Assembly: GCA_034678305.1 (NCBI GenBank)
Contig: JAXDCA010000066.1
Location: 8,077-72,076, forward strand
Length of the DNA stretch: 64,000 bases
Reading direction: 5' to 3'
Origin: Bellilinea sp.
Lineage (GTDB): Bacteria > Chloroflexota > Anaerolineae > Anaerolineales > Anaerolineaceae
Below, piece after piece: positions 56,864 to 64,000 of this stretch; positions within the stretch are counted from its first letter, which is position 1, and each line of letters begins with the position of its first letter. Position numbers and translations under genes: made by a program. The notes under the pieces were generated by a model. That model worked only from the letters and a program-made list of their open reading frames with translations, searched no databases and was not told the origin of the DNA.

Positions 56864-58564
56864 TCACCCTGCTCCACTGGCGCCGCCTCCCCCTCCGCCT
56901 GCGCCTCCGCCGCCTCCCGCGGCGGAAGAAGAGCTGATGGCGGCAGCGACCACTGAACCATCAGCATACCCGCCGCTCAATGAGAGCACCCACGGCAAAG
57001 CGGTACTCAATCCGCGTTCTTTGAATGCTTTTACCCACTGCTCGCCCAAACCGAAAGCAACCGCAAAGGACATGTATTCCTCCAGCCACTCCTGACGTAA
57101 TGCCGCATTCGATTTGATCAAATCCTTAAGGTAATCCCGATAAGAATTCCAGTGTTCAAGACGTGCTGCGCCAGTTTCCGACAACACAGGCCAGGAGAGC
57201 GATTGCACCCATAGGGCGGCTGCCGTAAGAATCAGGCCAATCCCCACACCGAGGATAATCGTACCGAAAAATACCGTGCGTGGATCGGAAATCCCAATCG
57301 ACATCGCGGCGATCAACACCAGCGGCAAACCAATAAAGATGAATAGAAATCCAAGCCCTCCCAACCGCGAACGCTGCTTCAATCGATTGTTAAGGATGAG
57401 CTTCTTCGAAATCAATTCAGAACGCAGACCCTGGTTGAAAATAGACATCCTCGAGCTAAATTTAGCGCCAACCTCGCTCAATTTAGCGGTTTCCCGCCAC
57501 CCGCCGCGGGCTTTGAAAAGAAAGTCATAAATGACCATCTCATGCAATTTCAGGTCTTCGCCTGGTTTTTCACGGGTGATGATGAAATCTTTGGCTTTGA
57601 ATAATCCACTGCCCTTAACCTCTTGCATGCGCAGCCACCCCCGGCGGGTCAAATCCAGCATCGTGGCAAACACATGCTTAATATTTGCAGCGCCATTATT
57701 CATTAATATACCAGCCTGGGCGGGATATAAATCATCAGGCGGAGAGGTTATGATTCCGGAGGGGATGGATTCGGGATATTCCTGCAGGTTTTTACGCCGG
57801 TACAGACCCAGCCCTGCCAGCGCAAGCGCAAAGATTCCTGCGCCAGATGCCAGCGCATAGGGCAGCGCAGCCCGGCTTTGCTGCGAGCGTTCGATCTGCC
57901 TGGTCTGCCATGCCGGCGTCCGATCGATCAGGGCGCCTTGAGGAAAATGAACCGTAACGATTAGCGGTCTGTCCTTCAGGATATTCGTCGTTTTGAACAC
58001 AATTTGCCCAGGGTTCTGTTCTAGTTGAGCCTGAGCGCCTTTCAAAGTAGGATCACCGGTGGGCGTCAAATCAGGAGGATACTGTATGCTGATGGTACTC
58101 GACCGAATCACATATTCATGCTCCTCAGGGATGGCTCGCCAGGATAGAGCATCCAGCCCGTCAACACGACGGATATTGCCTTCAACAAGATATTTTAGGG
58201 TGAAGGTACGCGCTGTGTCGCTAGTGGGAGAAAAGTGCCAGGTGATTTCGATTGGATCATTGTCAGCGTGCACTTCGACCTGCCCCGCCTGATCGCCTTG
58301 CGGCAGCACCTGCCCATCCATGCTGGCTTCCAGGATTTCAACCCTGTCCAACTCTCTCAAGGCCAGATCACGAAAGGCATAAGTGTAGGGGCCGCCCTCG
58401 AAATAGAAAACAACTGTCTCGGTAACGATCAACGAGCCATTGTCCTGAATATCAATTTGCACATCAAACCGCTCGCTATAATACGAACGGGCGTCAACAG
58501 GGGATACCTGAATGGCCAGTAATAATCCAATCACCAGAATTAAGATTGCCAGCCGGGTTTTCAT
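56864..58564 (-). CDS. DUF2207 membrane protein
   Basis: Signal peptide, DGSLIVTET-like motif, PPDDL.PA, DL.RRGWL, AVAFGL, Gly-rich tail. Confidence 0.85.
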   Translation of the reverse strand: MKTRLAILILVIGLLLAIQVSPVDARSYYSERFDVQIDIQDNGSLIVTETVVFYFEGGPYTYAFRDLALRELDRVEILEASMDGQVLPQGDQAGQVEVHADNDPIEITWHFSPTSDTARTFTLKYLVEGNIRRVDGLDALSWRAIPEEHEYVIRSSTISIQYPPDLTPTGDPTLKGAQAQLEQNPGQIVFKTTNILKDRPLIVTVHFPQGALIDRTPAWQTRQIERSQQSRAALPYALASGAGIFALALAGLGLYRRKNLQEYPESIPSGIITSPPDDLYPAQAGILMNNGAANIKHVFATMLDLTRRGWLRMQEVKGSGLFKAKDFIITREKPGEDLKLHEMVIYDFLFKARGGWRETAKLSEVGAKFSSRMSIFNQGLRSELISKKLILNNRLKQRSRLGGLGFLFIFIGLPLVLIAAMSIGISDPRTVFFGTIILGVGIGLILTAAALWVQSLSWPVLSETGAARLEHWNSYRDYLKDLIKSNAALRQEWLEEYMSFAVAFGLGEQWVKAFKERGLSTALPWVLSLSGGYADGSVVAAAISSSSAAGGGGGAGGGGGGASGAG

Positions 58565-58617
58565 GATTACCTCCATAATCGTACCACGCAAGGGCGTTGC
58601 GTTAAGAACCCATTCGC

Positions 58618-59511
58618 CTACATGCCGGAAATCTCCTTGCTACGATCAGGGAATAACCAACTCCGCCCAATCAAGAATAATACTCCAATATAAATTACGG
58701 CGACAAGGACAAAAACGATCAGACCTGTCACTGGCTTGTAAGTTCGCATCGAAAAGAGTGCCGGTGAAGCCAATGCTGAGTTCGGGAAGGTAACAATCAT
58801 GGCAGCATACAGGTTATTGGCGGCATGCAACCCCAGCGCCAGTTCGAGGCTCTCGCTGCGCAGTGTCAACCAGCCAAGCAACAAACCAATACCCAGGTAT
58901 AGCGGCATAGTCAGCAGCACGCCGTAGGCGCCCACCTCTGGATTGAAGCTGTGTAGCAGCATAAAAACAATTGATGGCGCTACTAACGGCAGCCATAAAC
59001 CCTTGCTGAAGCGACCCGCCCATTGGGTAAGATAACCCCTAAAAATAAATTCTTCAGTCGAAGACTGGAGAGGAATCAGCACAACCCCCAGAAGAAAATA
59101 CGGCAGGGCCTTCTTGATATCAAAAGACCAAACATAATTGCCGGAATCGATCAACGCCAGTACCAGATCACTCAACGCCGAGAGGCCCAACCAAAGAAAA
59201 CCGGAGATAAAGATCCGGCGCCAGGCAATTTTCCTGGCTGGATTCAGTAAAGATATCAAGTGACGTTTGTGAAGTAGCCGCAGCCCGCCTGCCAGAACGA
59301 TCAAAGCAAAGGGGAACGGCGCCATCGTAACAATGAACAAAACCAGCGGCGTAAACTCATAAATGTTGGTGGTACCCTCAGCCAACATGGCAGCCATCGT
59401 TATCCATATCTGCACAGAAAATGCCACCACCACGATCGCAATGAGGGTCAGCAGATAACGCCAGAATTCATTTTTGCCTTGATTGGCTTGCTCAAGAAAA
59501 CGGTTTGGCAT
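58618..59511 (-). CDS. CPBP/Abi-family intramembrane protease
   Basis: EEFIFRG, FMLLH, HAANN. Confidence 0.9.
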   Translation of the reverse strand: MPNRFLEQANQGKNEFWRYLLTLIAIVVVAFSVQIWITMAAMLAEGTTNIYEFTPLVLFIVTMAPFPFALIVLAGGLRLLHKRHLISLLNPARKIAWRRIFISGFLWLGLSALSDLVLALIDSGNYVWSFDIKKALPYFLLGVVLIPLQSSTEEFIFRGYLTQWAGRFSKGLWLPLVAPSIVFMLLHSFNPEVGAYGVLLTMPLYLGIGLLLGWLTLRSESLELALGLHAANNLYAAMIVTFPNSALASPALFSMRTYKPVTGLIVFVLVAVIYIGVLFLIGRSWLFPDRSKEISGM

Positions 59512-59734
59512 AGAACCAGTGGAATCCCTTCTGTGTATTCGTTTACACTCACTGAGGGGTTTTATCGAGTATTGTACAGGGGTATCAACCCTATCCTACT
59601 CGAAAAATTCCGTTTCGTGTGCACAAATTGAAACCCAATTTGGTGATTTTCATACACATTATGTATACTATATCTATCTCTGCCGCAGGCAGCACTAGAT
59701 TTTTAAGTCCCAGATCACTATACTCTTAACAGGC

Positions 59735-61999
59735 ATGGAAACGCTTGAACAAATATTTATCCCGTCCACCTCTGCAGCGCCAACGCTGCCACTGGGGCGC
59801 TATCTGCCAGCCGCGCCGCCCGGCATGCTGACCGGTTGGCTCGAGGAAAACCTTCCCCACGGCAGTTTAGTGTTAGACCCTTTCGGCGCTAATCCGCTGG
59901 CGGCCTTGGAAATAGCTCGCGCCGGGTACCGCGTTCTGGTTACCTGCAACAATCCAATCCTGAGTTTGATGCTGGAAGTACTTGCAGAAGCCCCGCCGGA
60001 AGTCGAATTCGCGGCGGCAATCGCCGCGTTGGCAGCTTCACGACGCGGCGATGAACGGTTGGAACTGCATATCCAAAACCTGTACAAGACTCGCTGCGCA
60101 GTCTGCGGCGAGGAAATTCAAGCGCAGGCATACCTTTGGCAGCGCGACCAGCCTCTCCCATCCGCGCGAATATATCATTGCCCAACCTGCGGGGATGACG
60201 GCGAGCGACCTTTGACTCAATTTGACCTCGAACGCCTGAATTTGATTCGCACTGACCCTATGCACCGCGCCCGCGCCCTCTCCCGTGTTGCCCAGGATGG
60301 ACATTACGATCAGCGTGAATCCGTCCAGGAAGCCTTGAAAACTTACCTGCCGCGCCCGCTCTACGTTTTAACGACCCTCCTGAACAAGGCCGAGGGGCTG
60401 GATCTCACGCCGCAGCGCAGGAAAATTCTCGAAGCATTATTGGTCAGCGTCTGCGACGATGCTAACACGCTCTGGCCGTGGACCTTGGGCCGCACGCGTC
60501 CGCGCCAGCTCACTGTTCTCACGCAGTTCCGCGAAAAGAATCTATGGCTGGCGCTGGAAGATGCCGCCAGCGCCTGGTCGTCGAGCGTGGGACAGGTTCA
60601 GCTTGTGCATTATCCCAACACCCCAACTGAACCATCGGGGATTTGCTTGTATCCTGGCCGGATCAAATCCATACTGCCGTTGCCGGATGAATTACGCCCG
60701 GCTGCCATCCTGACGACAGTTCCGCGCGCCAATCAGGCTTTTTGGACGCTGTGCGCGCTCTGGTCGGGCTGGTTGTGGGGACGTGAAGCGGTCATCCCGC
60801 TGCGCAGCGCGCTCGAACGCCGCCGCTATGATTGGCATTGGATGGCGCAGGCGCTGCATACCGCCTTATCCGGCCCGAATAAACAATTGCAAGCCAACAC
60901 CTCCTTCTTCGCCATAGCCAGCGAACTGACCCCAAGCTTCATGCTGGCGCTGCTTACCGCGCCTAATATGGCTGGCTTTGGCCTGACCGGCGTGGCTTTC
61001 GATCAGGAAGAAGACATTGCCCAATTTTCCTGGTGCTCTCGTAAACCACCGCCAGCCCCATCACGTCAGAATCCGAAGACCATCGCCTTCGAATCGGTTA
61101 GAAATTACCTCAGCCGCCGTGGAGAACCCGCCAGTTACCTTTCGCTTTATACTGCTACTCTCCTCGGGCTTGCAGAAGCAGGCTTGCTGCCAACCCAAAT
61201 CAGCGAGCTGCCGCTGGATTACCTCGCCCGCACCCAGGCTACCCTTGCAGAAGTACTCCATAATCGTAGTTTTGCCATGCGCTACCCGGGCAAATCGCAA
61301 TCCGAAGAAGGCGGAATGTGGTGGCTGGCGGGTGAGATCGAAACCGAACCGCCCCTCGCTGACCGTGTGGAACGCGAGGTTGTTAACCAGCTGCTTGCCC
61401 AACAGGCAGTCCACCAAATAGAAGTCGAAAAGCGGTTGAATCAACTTTTCCCGGGTCTGATGACCCCTCCCAATACACTAATTCACACCTGTTTGGCATC
61501 TTTTGCCGATCCCGTCTCCGGTGAAGAGGGGTTTTGGAAAATCCGCCCGCAGGAAAATCCATCTGCTCGGCGGCAAGAATTGAGCGCATTAGTTAAGCTG
61601 CTCGACCGCGTGGCTGCCAATCTCGGATATACAACTCAAGGTGAAGAGCCGCTGTTATGGATCGACGCCAACAACAAACCAGTGTATTTGTTCTACCTGT
61701 TGGCGTCCAGCATCATATCGCGTTTCGTCTATGAAACGCAGCAGTTGCCGTCCGACCGCTGCGTGTTAGTGTTGCCTGGTGGACGGGCTTCGCTGCTCAG
61801 TCTCAAGCTGGCGCGCGATCCACGCCTGAACAGCGCAGTCGAGGCCGGTTGGCGCATCATGAAATTCCGCCTGTTGCGGGAAATCGCGGGCAGACCCAAC
61901 CTGACCCTAAACTTGTGGGAAGATTTACTCGACGGCGATCCCCCGCGTTGGGAGGAAGCCACCCAGATGTCGATATTCGGTCGAAGGGAAGAAAAGTAA
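59735..61999 (+). CDS. Hypothetical protein with degenerate DNA-methyltransferase fold and Zn finger
   Basis: VLDPFG..P motif-I-like; CAVC/CPTC; no DPPY (ILTTVPR instead). Confidence 0.6.
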   Translation: METLEQIFIPSTSAAPTLPLGRYLPAAPPGMLTGWLEENLPHGSLVLDPFGANPLAALEIARAGYRVLVTCNNPILSLMLEVLAEAPPEVEFAAAIAALAASRRGDERLELHIQNLYKTRCAVCGEEIQAQAYLWQRDQPLPSARIYHCPTCGDDGERPLTQFDLERLNLIRTDPMHRARALSRVAQDGHYDQRESVQEALKTYLPRPLYVLTTLLNKAEGLDLTPQRRKILEALLVSVCDDANTLWPWTLGRTRPRQLTVLTQFREKNLWLALEDAASAWSSSVGQVQLVHYPNTPTEPSGICLYPGRIKSILPLPDELRPAAILTTVPRANQAFWTLCALWSGWLWGREAVIPLRSALERRRYDWHWMAQALHTALSGPNKQLQANTSFFAIASELTPSFMLALLTAPNMAGFGLTGVAFDQEEDIAQFSWCSRKPPPAPSRQNPKTIAFESVRNYLSRRGEPASYLSLYTATLLGLAEAGLLPTQISELPLDYLARTQATLAEVLHNRSFAMRYPGKSQSEEGGMWWLAGEIETEPPLADRVEREVVNQLLAQQAVHQIEVEKRLNQLFPGLMTPPNTLIHTCLASFADPVSGEEGFWKIRPQENPSARRQELSALVKLLDRVAANLGYTTQGEEPLLWIDANNKPVYLFYLLASSIISRFVYETQQLPSDRCVLVLPGGRASLLSLKLARDPRLNSAVEAGWRIMKFRLLREIAGRPNLTLNLWEDLLDGDPPRWEEATQMSIFGRREEK

Positions 62000-62029
62000 A
62001 CGAAAATCAGAAAATACTATGACTATTCA

Positions 62030-62058
62030 CCGGTCAAGGTATGATTGACCGGATTTTT
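62030..62058 (+). terminator. Intrinsic terminator
   Basis: CCGGTCAA/TTGACCGG followed by ATTTTT. Confidence 0.65.
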
Positions 62059-62242
62059 AACACTCGCGCCTTCCAGGAAGCACAGATACCGCTGATAATG
62101 GCTTGCGCCAGTGAATTGATTTCAATAAGGAACAGAATTCATCTGGAAGCCGGCAGTCCAACTTTACGCCTGGTTTGTACACCATTGCACGCAAAGAAAA
62201 GATGAACCTGACACGTGTTCCTTGACGCGCGACGCTCAGTTC

Positions 62243-64000
62243 TCAAACTATTGCAGTCGCTGTCTCCGTTGGGGTTAAGCTCGCGGTCGGTGTTTCGCTT
62301 GGCGTCGGCGTATAGCTAGGGGTCGAGCTAGGCGTGGCGGTCGGCGTGCTGCTTGGCAGCGGCGTTTCGGTGATCGTTGGTGTGCGGGTGGGAGTGCGCG
62401 TGATGGTAGGCGTGGGCGTAGGTGTGATCGTAGGGGTCGGCACCTGCAGATTGAGATGTATACGCCTTTCCGCGTAAGTATCATGCTGGCTGGTGACGTA
62501 GATACGTAAGGTCACCCTGCCAGCAGGGATTTCGCTAAGGTCCCAATCGGTCAGAAATTGAGGCTGGTCAGATTGCTGATTTCCTTTGTAAATTTCTTCC
62601 CAATCAGCTGGATCGTCGCCCATGCCGTACTCCAGACGGTATTCCCCGAAAGATTCGGGGACTTTGATCAACGCATAGACGGAGAGTGGATTGACATTGA
62701 TGGTCTGATTTTCGCTCAATCCGGCAAACAGAATCAGCGGTCGCACGTCATTGGCAGTGCATTCACGCTGAGGCGTGAAATAGATGGGCTGTTGAAATCC
62801 CATCTCCTCGGCCCAGGCATTGCCCTCGGCTGTTTCCAGGATCCATTTGACTGCGCTTTCATCCTGGATATTAAGAGCAAATTTTTCCTCGATGAAATCC
62901 GCGCAAGCAGAAGATGCCCGTAAGCCAGTCCATGTGTCGATGCGCGCCTTGGTCCACAGGTCATATTCCTTGGACAGCGGCAGTTGATCATAAGCAAATA
63001 TCTCGCTGCGCTGCTGCGGGCACCACTCGGACGGCTCGGCGCCTGAAAACAGGCAGACCACTCGATCTACCACGCCAGCCGGACGGACGAAGGCAGTCGG
63101 GCTGCCGCCCGTCAATGATTGGATGGCAGCTTTCATAAACTCAGACCATACCGGGGCAGCTCCGCTCAAACCAGTGGTGTTCTGCATGGGTGTGTAGTCC
63201 GCATTGCCTACCCACACGCCAACTGCAACGTCCGGGGTGTAACCAATGGTCCAGTTATCGCGAAAATCGTTGGTTGTGCCGGTCTTCACCGCGGCCGGGA
63301 AGCCGAGGTTCAGCACCGAGTCGCTGCCAAACATTGGCGCGCGCGCCTGGTTATCGGACAGGATCGAGCTGATCAAATAAGCATGCTCGGGTCGCATCAC
63401 CTGGTCGCCAGCAGGCAGCTGGTACTCATAAACCACCTGACCCTTAAAATCTACTATTTTTGTAATCGCGACTGGTGGAATGCGCCTGCCGTTGTTGGCA
63501 AATACCGAGAATGCGCTGGTCATTTCGAGCAGCGAAACATCCCCGCCGCCAAGGGTCAACGACAATCCATAATCGCTGCGGGTCAGCGTAGTGATGCCAA
63601 GCCGCTTGGCAAAATTAATCAATCCATCCGCCGCCGGTGTGGAAGGATTATCATAAATGCCTACATATTGTAGAGTTTTAACCGCGGGCACGTTGTACGA
63701 ATTGGCCAGAGCCGAGCGTACGGAAACCGGCCCGTGGAAGCGTCCGTCATAATTTACCGGTCTGTAAGGCTCGCGGGTATCATTTGGATCGCCTGATGGT
63801 GGAAATTCACTCGGCACATCCCAGATCAGCGTAGATGGCGTCCAGCCCTTCTCGAAGGCTGCCGCGTAGGTCAGCGGCTTGATCGCGGATCCCGGTTGCC
63901 GCGGATTGATCGCCATATTGACTTGCCCGGAAATCTCTTCGCTATAAAAATCCGGAGAGCCAACCATCGCCAGGATTTCACCGGTGCCTGGTTGGATAGC
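62243..64000 (-). CDS. Class A-like penicillin-binding protein, C-terminal part; start outside the window
   Basis: QPGSAIKP (SxxK), SYN, KTGT; TGEILAMVG upstream in frame; Thr/Pro tail. Confidence 0.92.
   Translation of the reverse strand, partial: AIQPGTGEILAMVGSPDFYSEEISGQVNMAINPRQPGSAIKPLTYAAAFEKGWTPSTLIWDVPSEFPPSGDPNDTREPYRPVNYDGRFHGPVSVRSALANSYNVPAVKTLQYVGIYDNPSTPAADGLINFAKRLGITTLTRSDYGLSLTLGGGDVSLLEMTSAFSVFANNGRRIPPVAITKIVDFKGQVVYEYQLPAGDQVMRPEHAYLISSILSDNQARAPMFGSDSVLNLGFPAAVKTGTTNDFRDNWTIGYTPDVAVGVWVGNADYTPMQNTTGLSGAAPVWSEFMKAAIQSLTGGSPTAFVRPAGVVDRVVCLFSGAEPSEWCPQQRSEIFAYDQLPLSKEYDLWTKARIDTWTGLRASSACADFIEEKFALNIQDESAVKWILETAEGNAWAEEMGFQQPIYFTPQRECTANDVRPLILFAGLSENQTINVNPLSVYALIKVPESFGEYRLEYGMGDDPADWEEIYKGNQQSDQPQFLTDWDLSEIPAGRVTLRIYVTSQHDTYAERRIHLNLQVPTPTITPTPTPTITRTPTRTPTITETPLPSSTPTATPSSTPSYTPTPSETPTASLTPTETATAIV

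Overview
This 64-kb window is chromosomal DNA, most likely from an anaerobic Chloroflexota (Anaerolineae-like) bacterium. That assignment is inferred from the gene set: NBR1-Ig-like lipoprotein, DUF3090/SCO1664 pair, multi-GAF kinase and Thr/Pro-tailed PBP. It holds about 46 CDSs, tRNA-Sec(UCA) and tRNA-Leu(UAA). It encodes two ECF transporters, tatA/B/C, msrP, acyl-CoA synthetase plus iorAB, fhs, ddh, murI, folKP, rplS, polX and several peptidases. I found no CRISPR array, integrase, transposase, prophage or recognisable defence system, and I cannot claim a complete new multi-gene system. The best leads are non-coding. (1) A palindromic repeat family (5 full copies at 3 loci, all between convergent genes) keeps DNA-type c-GNA-g mini-hairpins, and at two loci it forms the same composite cassette with a shared terminator tail. 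(2) A perfect TTGACA-17-TATAAT promoter drives an ~85-nt RNA with mutually exclusive terminator/antiterminator pairing ahead of a 65-aa protein. (3) A second promoter-plus-hairpin sRNA candidate lies at 20.9 kb. Notable proteins are a PolX with its third catalytic Asp replaced by Gln, a stand-alone NusG paralog, a degenerate DNA-methylase-like protein and a FolK-OmdA fusion. All family calls come from reading motifs by eye; no database searches were run.
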